A DNA stretch of 64,000 bases from Meyerozyma guilliermondii (taxonomy: Eukaryota), in assembly GCA_051546255.1 (NCBI GenBank), contig CP128815.1:1860001-1924000 (forward strand), given 5' to 3'. Every line of letters begins with the position of its first letter. Positions within the stretch are counted from its first letter, which is position 1. The notes under the pieces are model-generated. The model made no database searches and was not told the DNA's origin. It saw only the letters and a program-made list of their open reading frames with translations. A program made the translations under genes and the position numbers. Positions 10,469 through 21,788 of the stretch are shown in pieces.

Positions 10469-11221
10469 CTACCTCCGGCCGGGTGGAGGTGGCGGTGGGA
10501 CAAAGTTCCCGCCCTGTCTGTTGTTAAAATTGGGCATAGGCATTCCAGGCGGCATCATACCCATAGGCGGCATTCCGGGTGGCATTCCAGGCATCATTCC
10601 CATTGGGGGCATTCCCATTGGTGGTGCCATGTTACCATTATTGTTCTGCCCGTTGGGCTTGGGAGGAGGTCCACCGCCACCCATTAATTGTGCCATCAAT
10701 TTTTGAGGATTAAATTCGCCTCGTAATTTGTCTTGCTTGCAACAGTAGGCAGTCCATGAAAATTCGTCGAATCCATAGTTGAAATAATCAGATATATCTG
10801 CACCCGGGAACCGCCATGGCTTGTCTTTGAGCTTTTCCAAGTCCACCTGAGTCAATGGCTTGCCATCAAGTTCGGCAACTGCATTTACATCGACAGTGGT
10901 GGGTTTGGAGGAATCCTTGGCCACCACTGCATTCGACTTATTCTGGTCCTCGGCGTCTGTAACTGCGTCTATGGTGTCGTTATGGGTCCCAGAGCTCGTG
11001 GTGGCCGTGCTGGGCTTGGAACCGGTGTCGCCAATGACAAATTCAATGTCATCGTCGGAATCTTCTTCTTCGTCAGAATCATCATTCTCGTTTTTTGAAG
11101 GTGCTGGAACGGTTTCTTTGACCTCGACCGATGGCGCTGTCTTCTGCTTCTTCTGGACTGGCTGCTCGTTCTCGTCGGAACCATAGAGAAAGTCGTCGTC
11201 GTCGTCACTCTGTGGCGGCAT
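10469..11221 (-). CDS. FIP1: Pre-mRNA polyadenylation factor Fip1
   Basis: DKPWRFPGADISDYFNYGFDEFSWTAYC Fip1 motif; acidic N-terminus, Pro/Met-rich tail; likely ATG 11221. Confidence 0.93.
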   Translation of the reverse strand: MPPQSDDDDDFLYGSDENEQPVQKKQKTAPSVEVKETVPAPSKNENDDSDEEEDSDDDIEFVIGDTGSKPSTATTSSGTHNDTIDAVTDAEDQNKSNAVVAKDSSKPTTVDVNAVAELDGKPLTQVDLEKLKDKPWRFPGADISDYFNYGFDEFSWTAYCCKQDKLRGEFNPQKLMAQLMGGGGPPPKPNGQNNNGNMAPPMGMPPMGMMPGMPPGMPPMGMMPPGMPMPNFNNRQGGNFVPPPPPPGRR

Positions 11222-11315
11222 ATTGAAGTTGTAATCTTTACATAAATGAGAATCTAACATAATTGTTGCACACCTGTGCACCCACATTAAATCGCTATAG
11301 TACATCGTTTAGTAT

Positions 11316-14300
11316 TTATTCTACAATCATGGATGCTGGCCTTGACCGTCTTTCTTGCCTGATTGCCGCATCTTGCATCATTAACTTGACCCATGGTTGG
11401 TGGCGCAACTTGTTTCTGTGCACCAATTTCTGAAGAATGGAGATCCAGGCGGCTTTCTCACGACCATTATCGGTGCCGAATTCAATGGTTTCTCCATTGG
11501 CAAATTTAACTTTGAAAGCATGCTCGAAAAGTAATCCATCGCTGAAATTTCTATAGTTCCCGGTGGATCTGGCATTTTCCTTGTCGAGATAGATAACGTC
11601 AACAATCTTGGACAAATTTATCTTTGCTCTGGGCTTGAGCGAATACTCGCTATGAGCAATCAACGAAGAGCCATTGAGCTTGAAAAACCGTTTTTTCCAT
11701 GTCTCACAGTCTCCTCCTTCTTGGTGCATGTAACCTTCGTGAGTAAATTCGGCTTCACGGAGAATCAGCGAAGCAGTATCGTAAGCACTCTTGATACTAG
11801 TTGGCAAACATTCCCATTCTTCAACTTTAGGTACAAAGAGCATTTTCACTTCAAGTTGTCCAATCTTGTAGGGTTGGGTCTTGGTCAACTGGGTGTTGTT
11901 CACAGCAATAGTTTCCCATTCGTTGAAACAGGTGAGGTTGAAACTGCAAACTTTACCCGTAATCTTATCTTCATATTGATCCAAGTCAACGTAACAACGG
12001 GCAAACGAGCCATCCTGGGCAATTTTACGGCTCCAACTGTCCTTGGCTTCTTGAGCAACGAATTTCGTCGTGGTGATTATATCCTTGGAACCAAACATAC
12101 GGCTGATTCTATTCTTGGATTTCACTATCCGTCTTTCTCTCACCTCCTTTAAAGTACCGTTTGGTTTCTCATATGAAGCCTTCATAGTTAAAATGAACTC
12201 CAAAGAATCACACACAGTGAGTTCAAACTCCTTACCAATAATGGCGTTAGATCCGTCAAGCTTGTAGTTTGGTGTTTTGATACAATGAACTCCGTTGTCC
12301 AATGTCACACTAAACTCGGCCTGGTGCTTAGAAATGTCAGGTAATGCCAAGTTCTTGATACCAACTACTCGCAAAAATAATCTGCCTCGTTCGTGGGTTG
12401 GGGGTGACTGAGCCTGCTGGGTGTACTCGTGCCTTTCTCGATTCGTACTTAAGAGTGTTGCATCTGTCGTAGTAGAATCAAGCGTAGGAACCGACACTGT
12501 ACTTGGCTTGGGCTGGTGGTCGTACTCTAGAGGCTTCGAAGCATTGGCAATATTGTCTTTTTCTTCAAGTGGAGCTCTTCCCTTGGCTGGCGATCTGATC
12601 TTTATAGGCGAAAGCCTCTCTCCCTTTTTGGTTTCTGGTTTGTCTACCACCTTGTAGTTGAACTTTTCCGGGCTGTAAGTTGGTTTCAAATCAAGTTCGC
12701 TTTCTTTGTCATTGTCTACCGTCCGTGTAACAGGGCGCGAGTTCTTCTTAGGGGTTACCACCAAGTCAGGGTGAGGATCAGGAAGACGATCCAGCACAAT
12801 CTCCGGTTGTGGTTGTTCAGGCTTGCTTGCGCTGGCTGAAGGGACTCGGGTACTAGGCTGTGAGTTATTGAAGATGTTGGAAGCACTGGAGTAGAAGTCG
12901 TAATCACGGAAGACTTGATCGCTGGAAAGCATCGCCTTAGGCGCTCTGAGCAACTCATTTGCCAAATGAGGCAATACATCTTTATCAACGACCAGCTCGG
13001 TGTCAACTGAAGTGTTCACTATAGAGGCATGTTGTTGCATAGCATCGTAATCGTCATCATCGCCGGCGACAACAGCTCTGCTTGAGTTTTTATTTCCCAA
13101 TCTTATCCTGGAATACTCGTCTTGACTGATTACTCGTTTGGTCTCCAAGATTCGCTTCACATCACCTCGATCCATGCTGGGTAGAGTTTTCATTCCATGT
13201 CCTCTTATCGTTGGAGCCTTCACCGTATCCTCGTAGATGTCATTATACATGTTTCTGGGAGACAAAATAGAGGTTGACCGCTTGATTTCAAATGATGGAA
13301 CCCTGAATTTGGAAGGCTTAACGGTGATCTTTCCTTTAGCCAATGAAGGCGGTACTTTTGCAGGCTCGGGTCGAAGCGAATGTCTGACAGAGCCGCTATC
13401 TTGAGTAGAGAAAGAGGTGTCATCGTCAATATTCGACAACACGTTGGTGGTACTTAATGGCTTGTGGGCAGAAATTTTGCGAGAAGTAGTGTTCATGGTT
13501 GAATTTGCTTCACGTAACATGCTCTTAAAGTGTGTTTCGAACCCAGAATCATCGGACAATTCTGGCAAGAAACCTGACACTTGTAAGTCGTCAACTTCGG
13601 GATCGAGAACTCGTCTTGACAAGACATTGACCTCACGGAATTTATTTGGTAGCAACGACTTTGGGATACGACGTTGTTCTTCAGCAACTAATGCAGATGA
13701 ATGGGGGACATCTAAATCCTTAAGGATATGGCTCGAACTCAAACGTTTCTGATGCGTCTTTTTCTTTTCATGGGTCCTCCAAATAGTCAAGAAATCGGTT
13801 GGTGCTTTCTCTACATCATTTTCAGCGGATAAAGAGTCTTCAAACGCAGAGCCAGACTTTTCAACATTCTTAGTAATGTCTTCGAAAGAACTATAGTTCC
13901 CAATTTCAACTTGAGGGAGCGTCAATTCTTCGGGCGGAGCAATGTTAGATGAATTGGCGAGAACATTTTCTTCTTTATCTTTATCTTCTTTGTCTTCTAT
14001 CTTTTGTGATTCCGACTCTGAGTGAATACTCTCATTCAAGGATTTCGTTGGAGATCTTGGAGGTGCTAAAGAGCGAACCGTGAAGTCTTCGGATGCATCC
14101 TCAAACTGTGGTGTAGTTTCTCTTGAGTTTGAAGTCGAAAAAGGTGGATTTTGCTGGTCTTGACCAATTTCAGTAACATCATTCTTGGTGTAATCAGAGT
14201 TATCCTCCTTGTCTCCATCATGGCTGTCCTCAAACTTCCAATCCCCATCGACATGATCACGAATAGAGAACTGTCCCGTTTGGTCCACAATGTCCGAATC

Positions 14301-15692
14301 ATCTTTGAGAGTGAAAACAAAACGTTGAGACGTGCTACTGTCGCCTTCGGGTCTTTCTGTGGGTGTTTCTTCTGGCTTTTCTTCGAGCTTTGCTTCGAAA
14401 TGTATTTCGTTGGTTTCTTCAGTCTCGAGAGGAGCTGTAGTTTGCTTAGTCTCTGCACCAACTAGGTCTGATCTCGATCCATTGAGTAAATTCATGATCG
14501 ACTTTTCAGTGGTGTCATAGGAGTTCTCATCAGAGCTGACAATCTCTTTCTTTGAGCCTTTCGAAGTGAATTCGAGGTGGTCAGAAGACGAGTCTTGGTT
14601 CTGAGGAATTAAGGATTCGACCATGGTATCGGATAAGCCTTTGATACCCTCGTTCAATTGTACACCTTTGGAGCTAGACCAGCCAGCATAAGATTGTAAT
14701 ACACGGTTGTCATCTCTCAATGATTGTAGCGAAGAATGTGAAGAGCCTGAGGATCTCAATTGAACATCCGATGTGTCTGCTAACGACTCAAGGGGGTTCT
14801 CAATTTCTTGGGCGTTGTGTTTCTGCAAGTCGAGAGAAAGGTGATGGATATTAGACTGGTTTTGCAATGCGACAGCTTTTTGCATGTTTTCTAAATGTTG
14901 ATCCAAGTCGTCACCGGTCAGTTTCTGGGAAAGGTAGATATCCATTTTTTCCTTCAAAGGCATTTCATTGTAGTGGCGATTTTTAAGCTCGGAAAGAGTG
15001 GACGAGTCAACATCATCGGCAGCGTCGTTGTTAAGAAGTGAGTTGAAGCTGGTATGTGGAGGCGGGCTAGGTGGAGCTACATCCTCTTCTTCCTCTGATG
15101 ACGACTTGTTGATTTCGTTATTCCACTGGTGATTCAATTGTTCTGGTTCAGGAGGTGAGTGGGACCGCAGGGTTTGGGTATTGGGTGCTGGATAACGATG
15201 AATTTCAGGATTGGAGTTAGTGAAAGCAACGCTTTTACGAGGAGAGTTTGAAGCTGATTTTTTCATGATGGAGCGATTGGGCGATTCCAGGGCATCAAGC
15301 GAGCGAGTTTCTGGCCGGTGCGAGCCGGTGGGGTGGCTAAGGTCGGTGGTGGATGTCATCGGAGTCTTATTATCAACAAAGGAGAACTCGTCAATAGGAG
15401 AAATTTCGTTCTTGTTTGACTCGATAGTCTGATGGACCTGGTCGGACGAGTTAAAGTCAAAATTACGGTCTAGCGAAGTGTTGGGGTTTTCCTTTTTAAC
15501 GGGAGATTGTCGAGATTCAGACTCGCTAATATAGGTGTCAGACGACGAGCTAAAGTCCTTATCGCGGGGTTCCAACTTGATGGCTTGGTTAGGGAAATTA
15601 AGAGGTTTTGTAGGGGAGTTGATAGGCGACGGCAAGTCGAGATCTGCCATCATTGCTGTGTTGGAGTTCATTTCTTTGAGTAAGAGGTCCAT
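11316..15692 (-). CDS. BUD4: Anillin-like bud site selection / septin-associated protein Bud4 (Candida Int1)
   Basis: GMKTLPSMD, GRLFLRVVGIK, TLDNGVHCIKTP, IGKEFELTV, C-terminal PH domain (EGYMHQEGGDC..WKKRFF); adjacent to FIP1 as in S. cerevisiae. Confidence 0.92.
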   Translation of the reverse strand: MDLLLKEMNSNTAMMADLDLPSPINSPTKPLNFPNQAIKLEPRDKDFSSSSDTYISESESRQSPVKKENPNTSLDRNFDFNSSDQVHQTIESNKNEISPIDEFSFVDNKTPMTSTTDLSHPTGSHRPETRSLDALESPNRSIMKKSASNSPRKSVAFTNSNPEIHRYPAPNTQTLRSHSPPEPEQLNHQWNNEINKSSSEEEEDVAPPSPPPHTSFNSLLNNDAADDVDSSTLSELKNRHYNEMPLKEKMDIYLSQKLTGDDLDQHLENMQKAVALQNQSNIHHLSLDLQKHNAQEIENPLESLADTSDVQLRSSGSSHSSLQSLRDDNRVLQSYAGWSSSKGVQLNEGIKGLSDTMVESLIPQNQDSSSDHLEFTSKGSKKEIVSSDENSYDTTEKSIMNLLNGSRSDLVGAETKQTTAPLETEETNEIHFEAKLEEKPEETPTERPEGDSSTSQRFVFTLKDDSDIVDQTGQFSIRDHVDGDWKFEDSHDGDKEDNSDYTKNDVTEIGQDQQNPPFSTSNSRETTPQFEDASEDFTVRSLAPPRSPTKSLNESIHSESESQKIEDKEDKDKEENVLANSSNIAPPEELTLPQVEIGNYSSFEDITKNVEKSGSAFEDSLSAENDVEKAPTDFLTIWRTHEKKKTHQKRLSSSHILKDLDVPHSSALVAEEQRRIPKSLLPNKFREVNVLSRRVLDPEVDDLQVSGFLPELSDDSGFETHFKSMLREANSTMNTTSRKISAHKPLSTTNVLSNIDDDTSFSTQDSGSVRHSLRPEPAKVPPSLAKGKITVKPSKFRVPSFEIKRSTSILSPRNMYNDIYEDTVKAPTIRGHGMKTLPSMDRGDVKRILETKRVISQDEYSRIRLGNKNSSRAVVAGDDDDYDAMQQHASIVNTSVDTELVVDKDVLPHLANELLRAPKAMLSSDQVFRDYDFYSSASNIFNNSQPSTRVPSASASKPEQPQPEIVLDRLPDPHPDLVVTPKKNSRPVTRTVDNDKESELDLKPTYSPEKFNYKVVDKPETKKGERLSPIKIRSPAKGRAPLEEKDNIANASKPLEYDHQPKPSTVSVPTLDSTTTDATLLSTNRERHEYTQQAQSPPTHERGRLFLRVVGIKNLALPDISKHQAEFSVTLDNGVHCIKTPNYKLDGSNAIIGKEFELTVCDSLEFILTMKASYEKPNGTLKEVRERRIVKSKNRISRMFGSKDIITTTKFVAQEAKDSWSRKIAQDGSFARCYVDLDQYEDKITGKVCSFNLTCFNEWETIAVNNTQLTKTQPYKIGQLEVKMLFVPKVEEWECLPTSIKSAYDTASLILREAEFTHEGYMHQEGGDCETWKKRFFKLNGSSLIAHSEYSLKPRAKINLSKIVDVIYLDKENARSTGNYRNFSDGLLFEHAFKVKFANGETIEFGTDNGREKAAWISILQKLVHRNKLRHQPWVKLMMQDAAIRQERRSRPASMIVE

Positions 15693-15855
15693 GGATTCTG
15701 GGTTAGTACGCGTCTAAGAAATAGTCAGGTAAATGAAGGTGTGATGAAGGTGATGAAGGTGGATGAAGAAGAACCAGGAAATGAGCCATAGAGTTTATAC
15801 TTCAGTAAAGCAAGCGTATCAGGTGTTTCAGCAAGTATCATCTCTTGTTTGGACG

Positions 15856-15862
15856 TGTTTAC
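15856..15862 (-). promoter_or_regulatory. Forkhead (Fkh) site GTAAACA upstream of BUD4; second copy at 16266-16272 (+)
   Basis: Exact consensus matches; BUD4 is a CLB2-cluster gene in S. cerevisiae. Confidence 0.4.
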
Positions 15863-16321
15863 GTTTAGTTTTCATTCAGTTGTAACTTACCATTTTCGTG
15901 TTTAAAGATATCTTCAGACTTTGACATTGGCAATAGAATCTGAGACTCTTCCTCAGTCTTTATCTGCGGATCCATAATGAGTAGATGATTTATGCAGAAG
16001 ATGACTTAAGAGTGTCTGTGTATATGAATGTTTGGGTTACCGCAACGGGACGAGATGTAAAGAAACACACGTGAGCGCGCGGGCGGGTTACGTAGCGAGG
16101 GTCGTGCGAAGTCTCGTGAGAAGTCGTGGGCGGGCCGTGAGAATTTGTGGAATAGTGTCGTGTAGTAGGGCACAGCCTCGGTGCGGGCTCGCGACATCGC
16201 CGAGGTAGGCAAGGATCAATACCGATTGGGTCGAGGATGCAGCGAAGGACAAAGTAGGTATAATGGTAAACAGCAAGAACGTGAGGGGGGGGGAAAGGTG
16301 AAGTAACTTATAGGAGTTTAC

Positions 16322-16367
16322 TAGTCTTTTACATAGTCTTTTGATTAGTCTTTTACGTAGTCTTTTC
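16322..16367. repeat. Four tandem copies of about 12-bp TAGTCTTTTnnn
   Basis: Read directly. Confidence 0.75.
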
Positions 16368-16810
16368 TTATTCTTGTACGTAGTTTCTTTCCTAGTCTCT
16401 TTATTTTGTTCCTGTACCATGTCCAATTCTTGTTTTCTGAAATTCATCGAATCGCGGCGCGAAAAAGTGCGTCGATCTGCCGCGACGTGTCGCGGGGCGC
16501 CGCAGAGCCATATCGGTAAGTAACGCAACACAAAGAGCCCTGAGAGACTGCCCAGAGATCATGTTCAGTGAGTTGTAGCCAAGGAGAAGACATCTCAGGG
16601 TGAGCTAGTTACTAGTAAATGATCCTTCAATGTACCACTTGTCTCTTCGTGTCTTCTTCGTTTTCATGTTTTCCTCTTCTTTTTCCTCTGTTTGTCCCTT
16701 CGCACAATGCATGCATTCCACACGAGGCGAAAAAAACATAACCATGCCGCAAACACCCGAAATATAAAGCTGGCGAGCCTTGTGGTGTAAAATTTTTTTC
16801 GTTGTCTATA

Positions 16811-18046
16811 ATGCTTTACACTTCGATTTTGGCAGCGTTGACCGCAGCCACCGCCGTTGGGGCCGCTAGTGACAAATGTTCATTCTCTACCACCGTCAAG
16901 GCAGCCACTGCTATTTCTGACTTAAATTCTTGTGAAACCTTGGATGGTACTATCAAGATTACTGGTGACGATTTGGGTGATATCGACCTCAGTGGGGTCC
17001 AAGAAATCAAAGGAGATATCAACTTTTTCAACTCATCTTCTGTCACCTCCATTAATCTCAATCAGTTGAAAAAAATCTCGGGTTCGTTGGCAGTTAATGC
17101 TTATACCCAATTGCACAGCATTGACTTCACCAGTTTGAGTGAAGTCGAGAAATTGTCTTTGATTTCATTGCCATCATTTGCCATTCTCAACTTGAACACT
17201 GGTGTTTCGAAAGCAGGTTCCATCGAGATTTCAGACACTGCTCTTTCGTCGTTACAAGGTCTTACCAACTACGACACCGTCAAGAGCTTGAACGTAAACA
17301 ACAACAAGAACATCACCTCCATCGACTTGGCATTGCAAACTGTCGACGAGGACCTCACTTTGAGTTTCAACAGTGACGACTGTGAGGTCAAATTGAACGA
17401 ATTGATCTGGTCTTCCAATTTGACCATCCAAGATGTCAGTGACTTTTCTGCCTCCAACTTGACCGCCGTCAATGGTACTTTGAACATTGCTTACAACAAG
17501 TTTGACCAATTTGACCTCAAGGAATTGACCAATGTAGGCGGATCTGTTCTCGTTTTCGCTAATGACGAGATGACTTCGTTCGACTTGAGCTCCCTCAAAA
17601 ACATTGGAGGAGAATTGAGAATCTTCAACAACACCGAGTTGGAAGACATGAACGATACTTTTAAGAAGTTGGCCAAGGTTAAAGGTGCCGTCAACATTAA
17701 CGGTGCTTTCCACAACTTGACCATGCCTGGGTTGAAGGAGGTGGATGGAGACTTTACCGTTGTTTCCACTTCTGACGAGTTCAGCTGCCAAGATTTCAAC
17801 AAGTTGAAAAAGAATGGTGACATTGAGGGACACAACTACAAGTGCTCTGCCCCCAAGAAGGAACAATCTTCCAAGTCCAACTCTTCCAAGTCGAGCAGCG
17901 GATCTGGATCTTCTTCCTCTGACAGCTCCGATTCCTCGTCCTCGTCGTCATCTGATTCTGGAAAGAAGAAGAGTGGATCCACCAAGACCATGGCTGGAAT
18001 GACATTTGTGTTTGCCGTTGTGGGAGCAGTGATTGCCATGGCATAA
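16811..18046 (+). CDS. GPI-anchored cell wall protein, Ecm33/Pst1/Sps2 family
   Basis: Signal peptide, receptor-L-like repeats, ISDTALSSLQG, NVNNNKNI, Ser-rich tail, KKKSG plus hydrophobic GPI signal. Confidence 0.9.
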   Translation: MLYTSILAALTAATAVGAASDKCSFSTTVKAATAISDLNSCETLDGTIKITGDDLGDIDLSGVQEIKGDINFFNSSSVTSINLNQLKKISGSLAVNAYTQLHSIDFTSLSEVEKLSLISLPSFAILNLNTGVSKAGSIEISDTALSSLQGLTNYDTVKSLNVNNNKNITSIDLALQTVDEDLTLSFNSDDCEVKLNELIWSSNLTIQDVSDFSASNLTAVNGTLNIAYNKFDQFDLKELTNVGGSVLVFANDEMTSFDLSSLKNIGGELRIFNNTELEDMNDTFKKLAKVKGAVNINGAFHNLTMPGLKEVDGDFTVVSTSDEFSCQDFNKLKKNGDIEGHNYKCSAPKKEQSSKSNSSKSSSGSGSSSSDSSDSSSSSSSDSGKKKSGSTKTMAGMTFVFAVVGAVIAMA

Positions 18047-18643
18047 TCGACACTGCCAGAAGAGCAATAGAATTGTGGTAGATATTGAATTAGTTTTGAT
18101 AGGAAGAGAAGTAGTTAATTGTTACATTAGATAATTGGAATAGAGTTACTGAAAGTAGAAATTGATGAAGCTTCTCTTGGTAGAATACCAAAGTATCTTT
18201 TCTGATCAGTGCTAGAAGATAACAGTAACCGTTACACTTCATCTTACTGATCTAGTAGTTCTTGTATGATTCAAATTGTGTTTTGAAATTATTTTCTTAA
18301 AATTACTTGTAGCCTTTAAATTTACTGTAGTTACTCTGGAACAGTTTGAGTAGTTGACTCAGTTACATTTTATAGAACCGAAGTATCGTAGAACTTCACA
18401 CCACTAGGGATCGGATTAGCACTTCGTTAATCATTCAGAATATAGACGTTCACATAGTTGGATCTAGTATGAAAGTTACATTACCTTCTAGATCTACAGT
18501 TTCTTTGCTGTTCCTGCATTGCCCATGGCGCAGCATGCAGGTGTTCTATTTACTACCGTTTTGGTAAAGTACCCGCGTACAAAAATAGCTTGGATTCACA
18601 TCTGATTCACCTCCTGCGCACCCCTACTTATTTAAACACGTAA

Positions 18644-20104
<1,461 letters not shown>

Positions 20105-20122
20105 ATGAGACATATATTTGAA

Positions 20123-20341
20123 CTAAGTAGTAGTAACAGTTGAAACTTCAGGCAGAGGAAGCCAAAATGGATCCGAAGAAGAGGAAACTGCGGAGGATGT
20201 AGATTTGGATGCACATTCGGCTCTGGCATGAAGTCGAATTGGAGCATTTGGTTTTGATTCCTGGGAAAAATCACGAACCACCACCAAGGCGCACGCCACG
20301 GATAGAAGCAAAACGATAGTCGTAAAGTATTTTGAAAGCAT
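20123..20341 (-). CDS. Candidate 72-aa secreted S/T-rich microprotein
   Basis: ATG with A at -3, signal-peptide-like MLSKYFTTIVLLLSVACA, TATAAG about 30 nt upstream. Confidence 0.4.
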   Translation of the reverse strand: MLSKYFTTIVLLLSVACALVVVRDFSQESKPNAPIRLHARAECASKSTSSAVSSSSDPFWLPLPEVSTVTTT

Positions 20342-20706
20342 TGTGATGTGTCTCTTGGGTTCCTTACCTTCTTATACAGCTTCGTATGCAAAGATGCATC
20401 TGGTGCATATTGCAACCATTTGTGCGTATTTCCTAATGCGGACCCGACAATTAGAGAAAAACGACGAAAGGGCATTGGCAATGCCACGGGTTATTCCACG
20501 GGCTATACCACGAGTACAGTGAATCTAGATCGACAAGCAAGGGTTACTTTGGATATTCGGTGAAATCTCTTAAATCATTTTTTGATATTTTATCAATATT
20601 ACATTATAGTTCGCGATTATGATCACATTATTATCACAATTATTCATTACCATTTCATTTATATTTCATATTTCAGATTTCATTGAAACTCATATCTTCC
20701 ATTCAC

Positions 20707-20853
20707 CTAATTCGACTGGTTATCCGCATGAAACCGGTGTTCTGAGCCGTTAGTATTGTAGTAACTGGTGACTGAATAAGACCCAAAGTATACCACGAGA
20801 ATCACCACCACGGCTGCCAAAGTAATTTTTGTTGTTTTGTTCCACTTTTCCAT
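20707..20853 (-). CDS. Candidate 48-aa single-pass membrane microprotein
   Basis: CAAAATG context, basic N-terminus then ITLAAVVVILVVYFG hydrophobic helix; TATAAA about 60 nt upstream. Confidence 0.45.
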   Translation of the reverse strand: MEKWNKTTKITLAAVVVILVVYFGSYSVTSYYNTNGSEHRFHADNQSN

Positions 20854-21788
20854 TTTGATGAAAGCAAGTTGAAAGCACAGTGAAAGCAACAGTTGCGATT
20901 AAATATGTTGGATTTATACAATATTGGACAATAGCATTGTAACAATAGACACGCTAGTGTGCAGGTATTACGGAACAGTTTTGTGCCACAGCAGCGACCA
21001 ACGGTCGCGTGTAAGAGAAAAGAGATCAGTAGTCAAGCTATAAGTAAATTTTGAGGAAAGTGTTAAGCTCTTGACCCGGCTATCCAATAATGCACCACTA
21101 AGAATGTTGGATGTCATTTCTTCGATTCATTCAATTAATCCATTCATTAGTTCAGTTCTCTGTTCATCTTAATCCATCGTTCTTCATTCATTTATTATTT
21201 TACTGTGTATAATCTCTACTTATTTTCTCACTTCTCTTCACTATATCTCTTCAACTTTTCTTCATTTTAGCGCGCCTCGCCTGCACGGAACCCCACCTGC
21301 GCCCCGCGTTTGCCGGTCGCTTGCCGCACAGCGGTAGCAACTTTCAGAGTCACCGCAACGCAACCACACACCGCCAGGAACAAAACAGTGCCACAGATCG
21401 TTTGCAGAACCGAATCACAAAATAACGGCTTCGGCACTAAAACCGTTGAAACTCAATTCTGATTGGCCTGCATTATGGATTATTTTTCGGGGTAGCCCCG
21501 CACTGTGCATGGCCAGAAAAGAAAGAATAACCGTTGAACTTTGGGTGGATAAACCCATGTATATTTGGTGATTGTCACGTATAAAGCACAACTATGTAAT
21601 CCATGAATGGCTCCACAGCCTGGTTGTCAAAGATTGCGAAATTGCTGCGCTTTAATGGCTGCAATTCTGCACGGCCAAGAGACGTGCATGACACCCATTG
21701 CACCCGCACGTACGTCAAACTCCAGTAAATTTGGGGTTTGCTTCTTTATAGTTTTTCGTTTTATTTTAAATCCAACTTTGATTCAAAA

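Noticed and set aside
16006..16531. Short ORFs in the BUD4/ECM33-family intergenic region
   Set aside because: Non-ATG starts, built partly from tandem repeats, no recognisable domain
17252..17866. Long antisense ORFs here and in GLN1, TUP1 and BUD4
   Set aside because: Shadows of codon-biased genes on the opposite strand
18162..18250. TGATGA...CTGA...CTGA, possible C/D snoRNA
   Set aside because: Imperfect C box, no terminal stem, and no clean rRNA guide recognised; needs snoscan
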